From an uncultured virus (IMG/VR IMGVR_UViG_3300031787_000080) (lineage: Duplodnaviria > Heunggongvirae > Uroviricota > Caudoviricetes): DNA of 20,000 nt. The notes under the pieces are model-generated. The model was not told the origin of the DNA, made no database searches, and saw only the letters and a program-made list of their open reading frames with translations. The position numbers and the translations under genes are program-made. Below, one piece after another: positions 8,209 to 16,307 of the stretch. The stretch lies in the IMG/VR virus record IMGVR_UViG_3300031787_000080; one strand, 5' to 3'. The first letter of the stretch is position 1, and each line of letters opens with the position of its first letter.

Positions 8209-8526
8209 GTGAACAACCAAACCGTAACAATCCCGCAGGTGGGCATGGGAGCCACTCAATGCGTCGGCTCTGACCGACGAGCGTATACAGTCGTTGAAAT
8301 TATCAATGACCGAAAAATTGTCCTCCAGCGAGACAAGGTAAAGCGCATCGACTCGAACGGTTTTAGCACAGAACAAAAGTACTCTTATGAACCAAACCCC
8401 AATGGTCACGAAGTTGTTGTGACTTTACGCAAGAATGGACGATGGTGCGAGGTTGGAGAGGCCATCGACAACGGAGTTCAATATGTAGTTGGGCATCGAA
8501 AAGAATACGACGACCCGCACTTCTAA
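8209..8526 (+). CDS. phage hypothetical protein (start revised to GTG 8209)
   Basis: SD AGGAG at 8195-8199; PQVGMGAT..GSDRRAYTV...RKEYDDPHF. Confidence 0.75.
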   Translation: MNNQTVTIPQVGMGATQCVGSDRRAYTVVEIINDRKIVLQRDKVKRIDSNGFSTEQKYSYEPNPNGHEVVVTLRKNGRWCEVGEAIDNGVQYVVGHRKEYDDPHF

Positions 8527-8533
8527 AACAAAA

Positions 8534-8578
8534 GCAAAAGACAATGGTATCTAAGAAAATGATGCCATTGTCTTTTGC
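8534..8578. terminator. long hairpin or terminator
   Basis: GCAAAAGACAATGGTATC / GATGCCATTGTCTTTTGC inverted repeat. Confidence 0.6.
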
Positions 8579-8663
8579 GAAAAAATCGAAAAATCGTGGC
8601 ACACAATCGCAGAAAGTCATAAAAAATCCCTTATCTTTGAGATTCTAATCGGATATATAAATT

Positions 8664-8876
8664 ATGAAGAAGTTTCTCCTTTTCGCTGGCGAATATACTC
8701 CCGAGGGAGGAATGAAAGATTTTCAGGCCTCTGATGACAATGTCGATGCTCTTTACAGAATTTTGTCTTACGAAATGGTCAAGCATGATTGGCGATGGTG
8801 GCATATTGTTGATAGAGACACTATGAACATTGTTTCAGACAGCAAGTTCCCCGAAGATGGTCCGACCCGAGTGTAA
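8664..8876 (+). CDS. hypothetical protein, paralog 1 (MKKFLLFAG...WWHIV)
   Basis: ATG 3 nt after motif A; paralog immediately downstream. Confidence 0.85.
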   Translation: MKKFLLFAGEYTPEGGMKDFQASDDNVDALYRILSYEMVKHDWRWWHIVDRDTMNIVSDSKFPEDGPTRV

Positions 8877-8877
8877 A

Positions 8878-9075
8878 ATGAAGAAGTTTCTCCTTTTCGC
8901 TGGCTCTTTCCCAAATGAGGGGCAAGGCTGGCGAGATTATAAGTTCACAGCAGATACGATAGGGGAGGTTCACGCCTTCCTTGCCAACTACATGGTAAAC
9001 GAAATGGTGGGCTGGTGGCATATTGTATCTGCGGAAACGATGGAAATTGTAGATAATAACAAGCCGATTCATTGA
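8878..9075 (+). CDS. hypothetical protein, paralog 2 (start revised to ATG 8878)
   Basis: First 27 nt identical to paralog 1; shared DF/DY, WWHIV and TMxIV motifs. Confidence 0.85.
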   Translation: MKKFLLFAGSFPNEGQGWRDYKFTADTIGEVHAFLANYMVNEMVGWWHIVSAETMEIVDNNKPIH

Positions 9076-9152
9076 TAAGGGCAATTCGTTGAAAAGCGAA
9101 AAGTCCTTTTTTCACGCCTTAATGATCGTGCCGCACAATCGTAGAAAGTCAT

Positions 9153-9182
9153 AAAAAATGGGGGCCAATCCCCCATTTTTTA
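9153..9182. terminator. bidirectional-looking terminator
   Basis: AAAAAATGGGG-loop-CCCCATTTTTT between convergent genes. Confidence 0.7.
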
Positions 9183-9194
9183 TCTTAGTCCTTT

Positions 9195-10070
9195 TTAGGC
9201 CGTCGCCAGTTCTTTCTTTGCTTCCAGGCTCTTGGCCTTGCCTCGGCCCATAATGAAGTTTGCGGCTTTCCCCGCAAGTCCTGCGGCCTGCACGACCATT
9301 TTGGGGTCGTCATTCAGAACCTTGAGCCAGCCCTGAATATAGGCCTGGGTGTTCTCGGTGTCATTGTCGATGCCGATTTCTTGGCAGAGAAAGGCGGCTG
9401 TGAGTTCTGCTACCAGTTCCTCGCGGCTGTAACCTTCCTTGTCAAGCGTTGAGATTTGCATGACTTCGGGTCGAGCCAATCGGGATTCGTGGCCCGTCGC
9501 GTGACCAAGTTCATGGAATAAGGTCGCGTAATAGGCTTCGGAACTGACAAAAGATTCGATAATAGGCATTTGGACCCAATCGCCATAAGGCGAATAACAG
9601 GCACGATTTCCACCGTGACGAATCTCAGGCACCAGCGGCATTTCTTGGACCACTTCCTCACAACGTTCGATGCGGCGATTGTCTTTCAGTTCCTCAATCG
9701 GCGGCAGGTCGAGCCCTTCGGTTTGCTCCACATTGAAAACATAAAATTGCTTCAATACGGGGTAGGAACCTGTCTTGCCAGTCTTATCATCCTCATAACT
9801 CACCTGCTTCCAGAACACAATCGGTGTGCCCTTCTCGCCCTTCTTGATTCGCCCGCCCATCTTGTTGATTTGATTGCAAGTCATCCAGCGCGGGTCGGCA
9901 AAGGTAGACATTGACAAAAGCAGAAGGTTGAGCCCGCTATACTTGGTTCCGCTACTGGGGTTGCAGGGTCGAATCACCGACCAGGGTCGCTTCCAAGCAA
10001 CGTTTCCGCTCTTTAGGCCCTCGATGATGGTGTTGGTTACGATTTCGTAGACTTCGGACTTCTTCTTCAT
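9195..10070 (-). CDS. ardC: ArdC-family ssDNA-binding antirestriction protein (DUF1738 plus zincin-like domain)
   Basis: VYEIVTNTII..L..G..AWKRPW, YSGLNLLLL, RWMT..Q..KMGGRIKKGEKG, VFNVEQTEGL, YYATLFHELGHATGHESRLAR, YSREELVAEL, AYIQGWLKVL. Confidence 0.93.
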   Translation of the reverse strand: MKKKSEVYEIVTNTIIEGLKSGNVAWKRPWSVIRPCNPSSGTKYSGLNLLLLSMSTFADPRWMTCNQINKMGGRIKKGEKGTPIVFWKQVSYEDDKTGKTGSYPVLKQFYVFNVEQTEGLDLPPIEELKDNRRIERCEEVVQEMPLVPEIRHGGNRACYSPYGDWVQMPIIESFVSSEAYYATLFHELGHATGHESRLARPEVMQISTLDKEGYSREELVAELTAAFLCQEIGIDNDTENTQAYIQGWLKVLNDDPKMVVQAAGLAGKAANFIMGRGKAKSLEAKKELATA

Positions 10071-10247
10071 TAGTCTGCCTCTCTTTATATATCCGATTAG
10101 ACTACGATAGAAAGGGGATTTTTTATGGCTTTCTGAGATTATGGGCCACGATCATTAAAAATCCCCTTTTCAAGTAAATTCATATAATATAATAGAAAGA
10201 AAGGCAAAATTCGCCCGAATTAAATATCGGATTAATGAAGCGAACAC

Positions 10248-10412
10248 ATGAATAAATCATGTGGTGACATTGAAAATAAAGAGGCCGTAAAGATAAGACT
10301 TGGCATCCAAGTCAATGCCGTGAAGCCAAGGGCCAACGACATCTGGTGGAGCCTTACCACCACCGAGGCGAAAAATTACTTGACAATCGGAAAAATCCCC
10401 CTTTTCCACTAA
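10248..10412 (+). CDS. possible small protein (54 aa)
   Basis: MNKSCGDIENKEAVKIRLGIQVNAVKPRANDIWWSLTTTEAKNYLTIGKIPLFH lies between two motif A copies; no clear SD. Confidence 0.4.
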   Translation: MNKSCGDIENKEAVKIRLGIQVNAVKPRANDIWWSLTTTEAKNYLTIGKIPLFH

Positions 10413-10432
10413 CACAATCGGATATATAAGCA

Positions 10433-10534
10433 GGTGTCCAGGGGGCGGTGAAAGTCCGCAAGGCGGCTGCAGAGTCATGAATCTGCAGTGCGGCTGGTTT
10501 CCTCTGCGCTTGCGCAAGACCACCCTGGCGAGCC
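10433..10534 (+). ncRNA. candidate four-way-junction RNA or structured 5' leader
   Basis: CCAGGG/CCCTGG closing stem; GCGG-TGAAAGT-CCGC; CTGCAGA/TCTGCAG; TGGTTT/AGACCA with TGCG-CTTG-CGCA. Begins at the inferred motif A start site. Confidence 0.55.
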
Positions 10535-10550
10535 TTCACAAGAGAGAAAT

Positions 10551-10763
10551 ATGCACGAGTTTGGTATAACTTTCCAAAACATCCATGGCGAAACATATGA
10601 CAGCCCCGAATATGTTGGTCTTACGCTGCCGTTTCGCCCAAATGTTGGTGATGAAATCCTGATTGTGGGGGCAGGAGGAAAATCCTACAGAGTCTTGAAA
10701 GTTGAATATTGCGCTGGGCCATCGTTTGGTGACTTTCTTCTCACCGTCGAACCCGTGGTGTAA
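10551..10763 (+). CDS. hypothetical protein (70 aa, start revised to ATG 10551)
   Basis: MHEFGITFQNIHG...LPFRPNVGDEI; purine-rich upstream; stop overlaps the next motif A. Confidence 0.7.
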   Translation: MHEFGITFQNIHGETYDSPEYVGLTLPFRPNVGDEILIVGAGGKSYRVLKVEYCAGPSFGDFLLTVEPVV

Positions 10764-10804
10764 AAAATCCCCTATATCTTTTCATCACAAAAGATATAAC
10801 AAGT

Positions 10805-11041
10805 ATGCTGGAACAGCTGACTCTTGAACATCACGGCGACTTTCATTGCGTGCGTGAGTTTTGGGATTGTGAATGTGATGATGATTACATTCGGGGCAAT
10901 GATGACCACAAGTGCGAAAAGTGCGGCATTGAACGCGATGATGCGCCAAACTCTCGACTGACCGAAGTGATTGAACGCTATCCCGATTTGGAGAACGTTC
11001 CCTGGGTCATTGACCAAGCGTCCAAGAGCTTCATTCACTAA
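10805..11041 (+). CDS. small Cys-rich protein (78 aa)
   Basis: FWDCECDDDYI...CEKCG...DAPNSR; after motif A. Confidence 0.8.
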   Translation: MLEQLTLEHHGDFHCVREFWDCECDDDYIRGNDDHKCEKCGIERDDAPNSRLTEVIERYPDLENVPWVIDQASKSFIH

Positions 11042-11051
11042 AGGTTCAAAC

Positions 11052-11078
11052 AAAAAAGAGGGCATTGCCCTCTTTTTT
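11052..11078 (+). terminator. intrinsic terminator
   Basis: AAAAAAGAGGGCA-T-TGCCCTCTTTTTT. Confidence 0.75.
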
Positions 11079-11136
11079 ATAACTTTCCATGATTATGGGC
11101 CACGATCATTAAAAATGGAAACAAAAAAATGAGACC

Positions 11137-11319
11137 CTATAAGGGCCTCTCGGAGATTTCTTTCTTCCATTCGGTAATGGTTCGATACCATCCTGGGTAC
11201 GTATCGGTTTTCCATCCGCCTTGGTATCTAAAGATATTACAAACCGCCACCCAGCCGTGACCATTGTGATAGCCAATTTGCTTCGAGCCGTCTGACAAAA
11301 CCGTGGTTTGGATTCTCAT
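11137..11319 (-). CDS. hypothetical protein (60 aa)
   Basis: ATGA overlap with the upstream gene. Confidence 0.7.
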   Translation of the reverse strand: MRIQTTVLSDGSKQIGYHNGHGWVAVCNIFRYQGGWKTDTYPGWYRTITEWKKEISERPL

Positions 11320-11528
11320 TGCGACTTTGCATTGCTGCGAACTTGGCAGCAGTGACAGGGAAAAAACATGTTATTCACCAAAATCATAAGAATGGCGACA
11401 TTAAGCCAATCTTGAGTATCAAGTGGAATGCCCAGCGAGAAAACAGAATTACACAGCACAAGAAGAGCCAACGGGATGAGAGTGATTGTGTTATTGATGA
11501 TATTGTTCTTGATGGTCGAAAAACTCAC
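11316..11528 (-). CDS. small membrane protein (2 TM)
   Basis: GTG 3 nt after motif A; two hydrophobic segments. Confidence 0.7.
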   Translation of the reverse strand: MSFSTIKNNIINNTITLIPLALLVLCNSVFSLGIPLDTQDWLNVAILMILVNNMFFPCHCCQVRSNAKSQ

Positions 11529-11617
11529 ACTTTATATATCCGATTAGACCACGAAAAACAAGGGATTTTTCAATAATCGTGACACATAATCTCAGAAAGT
11601 TATAAAAAATCCGCTTC

Positions 11618-12058
11618 CTAAAAGGAAACGGATTTGAGTGTGTCTAGTATGGCTTCGTTCGATTTGATTTCGGCTTCCATTTCTTTAAGTCTTTGTTTAG
11701 CCCGAGGTATCGAATCCGATAAACGCCTAATTCTATCCTTTCTCCACTTTTCAAGATTCCCCCGCAAAATGTCATTGTCCAAAATCGCTTTCACCACCAA
11801 GTCCTGAAGTTCTTGAGGCACTTGAAACGACTGGCGTCCAGGTCCATGTTTATTGGGCTCCCATCCTTTGAAACGCCATTCACCGTTATCAAAAGTTGCG
11901 CTAATAACATGGCTCATTTGCCTAAAGTGAATAATAGGGGCATTTGAAAGAAGAGTTCCATAACCGACTTCAAACTGATTGTTATAGTGTCCTTCACCCA
12001 TGAAACACACCCCATATTTGCCCAAATCACCTTGGTGGTTATAACATCTTGTGTTCAC
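11618..12058 (-). CDS. hypothetical protein with C-terminal coiled-coil-like region
   Basis: GTG 3 nt after motif A. Confidence 0.8.
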   Translation of the reverse strand: MNTRCYNHQGDLGKYGVCFMGEGHYNNQFEVGYGTLLSNAPIIHFRQMSHVISATFDNGEWRFKGWEPNKHGPGRQSFQVPQELQDLVVKAILDNDILRGNLEKWRKDRIRRLSDSIPRAKQRLKEMEAEIKSNEAILDTLKSVSF

Positions 12059-12098
12059 ACTTTATATATCCGATTAGGCCATGAAAAACAAGGGATTT

Positions 12099-12443
12099 TT
12101 ATCGAACCCAGTGAATTGCCACGGTTCGCTCACCCTGTTGAAGCCCCAGCCCGTGAACACTTGGCTTGCTTACAGCAATTTCACGCGCTTCCTCGAAAGT
12201 CTTAGTTACTAGGTCGCCAGTCAAATCATAAATGGCACTCCACGCTTCTGCATCTTGCTCAGACGCGAAAGTAGCCAAAAGACCAACCGTCATAGGGTCT
12301 GGCGCAGGAGTCGTTGCATTTACAGCCGCAAAACGACCACTACCAAGTGAAATCATCACTACAGCATCGGGGAAAGATTCATCCCCGCCAAGAACATCAT
12401 TGACTTCAATGTCCAAATCACTCAGAATATCTTCGAGGGGCAC
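12099..12443 (-). CDS. hypothetical acidic protein (114 aa)
   Basis: GTG 3 nt after motif A; stop TAA is the start of the next motif A. Confidence 0.8.
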   Translation of the reverse strand: MPLEDILSDLDIEVNDVLGGDESFPDAVVMISLGSGRFAAVNATTPAPDPMTVGLLATFASEQDAEAWSAIYDLTGDLVTKTFEEAREIAVSKPSVHGLGLQQGERTVAIHWVR

Positions 12444-12525
12444 CCTTTATATATCCGATTAGAACAAGAAAAACAAGGGATTTTTATGACTTTCTACAAT
12501 CATGTGCCACACCCAAAGAACACAC

Positions 12526-12692
12526 CAAAATCTCGGATGGAGCGAACACACTTTTGTGCGCCGCTCAAGCCGAGAAACATACAGAAAACAGAAAATGCCA
12601 GAATACTTAGATGCTACATGGTTTTGTTCTCCTCGATGGTGTTTCGCATATTGATTTGATTTTCCTTCGAGTTTAGAGCTGTTGCCAACTCT
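12526..12692 (-). ncRNA. candidate structured RNA (ORF-poor motif A unit)
   Basis: Starts with hairpin AGAGTTG-GCAA-CAGCTCT; also CTCGA/TCGAG and TCTCGG..GAGCG..GCAC-AAAA-GTGT..CGCTC..CCGAGA; only very short ORFs. Confidence 0.4.
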
Positions 12693-12811
12693 TCTTTATA
12701 TATCCGATTAGAGCCATGCAAAAAGGGGATTTTTTATATAATGATCGTATCACATAATCTCGGAAAGTCATAAAGAAAGGCCCCATTTTAGGGGCCTTGT
12801 TTTCTTAGACG

Positions 12812-12982
12812 CTAGTCGTCATAATCGTCATTCCGACGTTCTTTTCCTCGGCGGCGAGACCAATTTAGGTCCTCACGAGCATGCTTCCCCGCCTTTTCTT
12901 TCTTTCTCTTGTTTTTGATGTCTTTGGGCACTAGCCCCCAGTGTTTTTCTGGCCAATCCGAGTTTCGGTTGGGATTCATCAT
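12812..12982 (-). CDS. small basic protein (56 aa, start revised to ATG 12982)
   Basis: Motif A, SD GGAGG, MMNPNRNSDWPEKHW...; terminator at about 12772-12798. Confidence 0.7.
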   Translation of the reverse strand: MMNPNRNSDWPEKHWGLVPKDIKNKRKKEKAGKHAREDLNWSRRRGKERRNDDYDD

Positions 12983-13117
12983 TACCCTCCTTTTTATATA
13001 TCCGATTGAAACCATTCAAAAAGGGGATTTTTATAATGATCGTGGCGCATAATCGCAGAAAGTTATAAAGAAAGGGGCATTAGCCCCTAGTCTTTACTTA
13101 TGCCCCAGAAGGCAACT

Positions 13118-13312
13118 TCACTTAGCCGTCGGCTTGAGATAAAACATTCCGTCAGTGGCGTCCACACGTTCAAGAGGTAATTGTTCAGTCACCCCAAGTG
13201 ACTCCGCAAAACCAAGAAGCGAATAATACGCACTTTCCACCACGCCCATGTCGTTGTCAAGAAGCTCATTGAAGAGTAGAAGGAATTGCTTTTGTATGAG
13301 TCCCTTATTCAC
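13118..13312 (-). CDS. hypothetical protein (64 aa)
   Basis: GTG 3 nt after motif A; terminator at about 13067-13088. Confidence 0.75.
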   Translation of the reverse strand: MNKGLIQKQFLLLFNELLDNDMGVVESAYYSLLGFAESLGVTEQLPLERVDATDGMFYLKPTAK

Positions 13313-13352
13313 TCTTTATATATCCGATTAGAACACGAAAGAAAAGGGATTT

Positions 13353-13748
13353 TTATGAAGCCCACTCGAAGCGATTCCGCTCAATATGATTCTGAAACAC
13401 GCGGACAACGGCATCAATGTCCGTGAGTTTTTCATACTCCATATGAGTGTTGAGGCCACCACGGTAGTCCTTTTGCCCCTTAACGCATCGATAGTAGAAC
13501 TCAGGTCGCGGAATGCTTCCACCCAGGTGAACATAAAGATTGTCCGAGTGCAAAATCACTTCACCAAGACAAGCCACGCCAGCCTTGTTTGAGCGAATAG
13601 AATACTGCCCGTCTCTCAGGCCAAGACCGTGAGCAATTTCTTCAAGATACTGCTTTGCAAGACGATGAAAAGTTCGCTTAGCCCTATCATTATAGCCACT
13701 ATGGGTGGAAGCGATATGAGCCATCATCCTAATGTCTTTAACGTCCAT
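13353..13748 (-). CDS. conserved-looking hypothetical protein (131 aa)
   Basis: KRTFH..AK..L...GLGL..GQYSIRSNKAG...GEVILH.D.LYV...YR...GQKDY.GG.N; motif A plus SD. Confidence 0.85.
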   Translation of the reverse strand: MDVKDIRMMAHIASTHSGYNDRAKRTFHRLAKQYLEEIAHGLGLRDGQYSIRSNKAGVACLGEVILHSDNLYVHLGGSIPRPEFYYRCVKGQKDYRGGLNTHMEYEKLTDIDAVVRVFQNHIERNRFEWAS

Positions 13749-13879
13749 GGTTTGTTCCTACATTATATATCTGATTGAAATACAAAAGAAAAGGGATTTT
13801 TTATAATGATCGTGGCGCATAATCTCAGAAAGTTATAAAGAAAGCCCCGTTTTCAGGGGCATTTCTTTGAAGTCAGTTA

Positions 13880-14341
13880 TTAGAACCCAAAAGACGGGGT
13901 TTTCAGCAAGGTGGGCAGTTCTTGAATCGGCACCAACTTCACCTTCCCGTTGGTCTTTTGGTGGACCAAATCCGCCCACTTTTCATCCAAGTGCGTGTTA
14001 GCGTTGTAAACGATGAGCCCGCCGTCGTAATTCCCGATAATGCTCATCAATCGGGCCACATTGTTCTTCACCATAGACCCGATGTAAAGTTGCTGGGTGG
14101 CGAAGATTTCAACGGCAATTTTCTTGCCGTTAGTCACCACTTCAAGGTCAATGGTGTGTTCAAATCCAGGCCGCTCAACGACCGCTTGCGGAACAACCAT
14201 ACCCTTTCCAACGACGGCCTCGAAGGCCTGTTGGACAACAAGTTCGAGCTGAGAGTGCTCGTTGCTGGTGGAGCGGAAAAGCTTTAGGGGCCAATTGTCG
14301 GGGATTTGAAGAAGGGCGACGATGGTTGCAATCTCAGTCAT
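13880..14341 (-). CDS. putative PD-(D/E)XK restriction-endonuclease-like fold protein
   Basis: E..V...F, IDLEV....KKIAVEIF, then GGLIVY; the catalytic Lys of ExK is absent (EIF). Motif A plus strong SD; terminator at about 13837-13860. Confidence 0.55.
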   Translation of the reverse strand: MTEIATIVALLQIPDNWPLKLFRSTSNEHSQLELVVQQAFEAVVGKGMVVPQAVVERPGFEHTIDLEVVTNGKKIAVEIFATQQLYIGSMVKNNVARLMSIIGNYDGGLIVYNANTHLDEKWADLVHQKTNGKVKLVPIQELPTLLKTPSFGF

Positions 14342-14444
14342 GATTGTTTTCCTCTCCTTATATATCAGATTGGGCTACGAAAGAAAGAGGATTTTTTATG
14401 ACTTTCTGCGATTGTGTGACACAATTCAATGCAAGCCAAATATA

Positions 14445-14658
14445 AACAAAATCCCTGGCCACGGAGCCTCATGCTCATGCGCGACCAGGGTGCCGTCAGT
14501 TTTTGGATAATCTCTATACTGTTTGCAACCAATATAGAACCACGTAATCGCGTCCTGAGACTGACCGTTGCATTTTCACGCTCTGCAACTAGAGGGGAAG
14601 CGGATACTCTTTGGTGTGCAGTCCACTTCTCAGCACTAGCGAGGTTGAGGCCTCGTTC
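14445..14658 (-). ncRNA. candidate multi-hairpin RNA (motif A unit with no start-bearing long ORF)
   Basis: Stems CGAGG/CCTCG, GAAGTGGA/TCCGCTTC, GTTGCA/TGCAAC, CTATATTG/CAGTATAG, TCAGT/ACTGA and CCCTGGTCGCG/CGTGGCCAGGG followed by ATTTTGTTT. Confidence 0.5.
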
Positions 14659-14746
14659 TTCTTATATATCCGATTAGGCCAATGTAAAAAGGGGATTGTT
14701 TATAAAAAAACCCCCGCATTTTCAAACACAATCGGATATATAAAAT

Positions 14747-15145
14747 ATGACCGAAGTCTTTGGACAGACCACAGTCGCCGAGGCACTGCACTCGTCAGTT
14801 CACGAAGTCGCAAATCTCATTCTTGACAAAGGTTACCAAATCTTTACAGCTGACTGCCGCCCCGACATTCACTTCGCATGGCCCAATCGTGACTTTTACT
14901 TCACTGACGGGAAGCGCGTTGGATATTGCCAGTATGACAATCTCAATGGACTTGTATTTTGTCAAGTGTTGAAGGGTCATGGGTTTGGGAATGTCTACGA
15001 TTATAAAAGCCCCCTGAGCGATTTAGTAGAAAAGACCCTAAACGAAATGCATGAACGACAATATCAAGACTTTGCAGAGTTTTTGGAATACAGAAAGCAA
15101 ATTGGTGTACTGTATGAAGTGAAGTCTTTTGAAGTGAAGTTGTAA
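14747..15145 (+). CDS. hypothetical protein (132 aa)
   Basis: ATG 3 nt after motif A; terminator at about 15142-15182. Confidence 0.8.
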   Translation: MTEVFGQTTVAEALHSSVHEVANLILDKGYQIFTADCRPDIHFAWPNRDFYFTDGKRVGYCQYDNLNGLVFCQVLKGHGFGNVYDYKSPLSDLVEKTLNEMHERQYQDFAEFLEYRKQIGVLYEVKSFEVKL

Positions 15146-15242
15146 ATCTCAGGGGCAAAATAAGCCCTTGATATTTACTTTTATAACCAAAATGATCGTG
15201 CCACACAATCGTAGAAAGTTATAAAAAAGACTAGGGCAAGCC

Positions 15243-15431
15243 CTAGTCCAAATCCTCAAGAAGTTCAGCGTCGCCTTCATCCATCTCGTTGTCAGAATAC
15301 CATCGAGAAAATGGGATACTGGCTTTGAAATCTTCCCATGCTTGCCCCAATTCATCTGCTGAATTTACAGAGAATGATGCCGTATAAGCGGCACTACTGT
15401 CTTTATCACAAGCCCGAAAGATTCCAGTCAT
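15243..15431 (-). CDS. small acidic protein (62 aa)
   Basis: ATG 3 nt after motif A; terminator GACTAGGGC-AA-GCCCTAGTC at 15229-15248. Confidence 0.75.
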   Translation of the reverse strand: MTGIFRACDKDSSAAYTASFSVNSADELGQAWEDFKASIPFSRWYSDNEMDEGDAELLEDLD

Positions 15432-15471
15432 GCCTTATATATCCGATTGGGACAAAACAAACGGGGGATTT

Positions 15472-15867
15472 TTAGATTTGACTCTCTCGAACAGGAATCC
15501 AGTTCTTTTGACGTTCAACTCTTTGGCCAAACTTACCAACCGTGGAAATCAACTCACGAAGTGAAGCGTATCCCTTCTCTCGCTCATTGCCCTCGACAAT
15601 CCCGTAAAACAGGAAGTCATGAGCCTCGGACTGGCGGGCAGTCGAATCTTCGGGGTGAATCATCACACCATTTTCGTCCACGGGGCTGCCCTCGATTATA
15701 AACCATCGCCAAGTAGGAGCAACAAAGAACAGTTTCAAAACCACCATCGGATTCGGATTCGAGTCTTGAGAGTAGAGCGGAGGAAGAATGTCCAAAATCT
15801 CATCGGGGAGCAAGTGAGAAGCCTGCTTCATGAGTTCAGAGTAGGAAAGTTCAGCGGTGGTGGACAT
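15472..15867 (-). CDS. DUF2958-family protein
   Basis: LPPLYSQD...VVLKLF....WRWFIIE...FYGIVEG.ERE.GY.SL.EL.......VER...W.P pattern. Confidence 0.75.
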   Translation of the reverse strand: MSTTAELSYSELMKQASHLLPDEILDILPPLYSQDSNPNPMVVLKLFFVAPTWRWFIIEGSPVDENGVMIHPEDSTARQSEAHDFLFYGIVEGNEREKGYASLRELISTVGKFGQRVERQKNWIPVRESQI

Positions 15868-15922
15868 TTTCTGTTAACCTCTGTCTTATATATCCGATTA
15901 GAATACGAAAGAAAGGGGTTTT

Positions 15923-16147
15923 TTATAATGAGCTTGGCCTATACTCACGGACCACAGGTGCATCATAGACATCGTTGGAAATGTCACTCTGAAGGTCACC
16001 ACAATCCATTATTTTGCTGCACTTATCAAAAAAAGATTTATCAATGCTTTCACCAAGAAGTTCAGCACACAAAGCCGCGACCTGAAAGTTGTATTCGCTC
16101 GGAACACCAGATTCAGCCATGAGCTTTAGGTTTCGCATTTTATCCAT
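15923..16147 (-). CDS. hypothetical protein (74 aa)
   Basis: ATG 4 nt after motif A; stop overlaps the next motif A. Confidence 0.75.
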   Translation of the reverse strand: MDKMRNLKLMAESGVPSEYNFQVAALCAELLGESIDKSFFDKCSKIMDCGDLQSDISNDVYDAPVVREYRPSSL

Positions 16148-16307
16148 ATTTTCATATATCCGATTAGAACACGAAAAACAAGGGTTTTTTTATAATGATC
16201 GTGTCACACAATCGTAGAAAGCCATAAAGAAAAAGACCCGTCCATCCATGACGGGCCTTTCTTCCTCTTCTTTTTGTACTTGTATTTTTTTATTCTGGAT
16301 TTTTGAT

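Noticed and set aside
10441..10460. FMN or cobalamin riboswitch, or group II intron, suggested by GGTGAAAGTCC
   Set aside because: Only the T-loop-type hairpin matches; the other conserved cores and intron domain V are absent.
12560..12620. TAG stop-codon reassignment (in-frame TAG; Gln tRNAs present)
   Set aside because: No CUA-anticodon tRNA is present, long genes are intact in the standard code, and several genes end plausibly at TAG (179, 2429, 2953).
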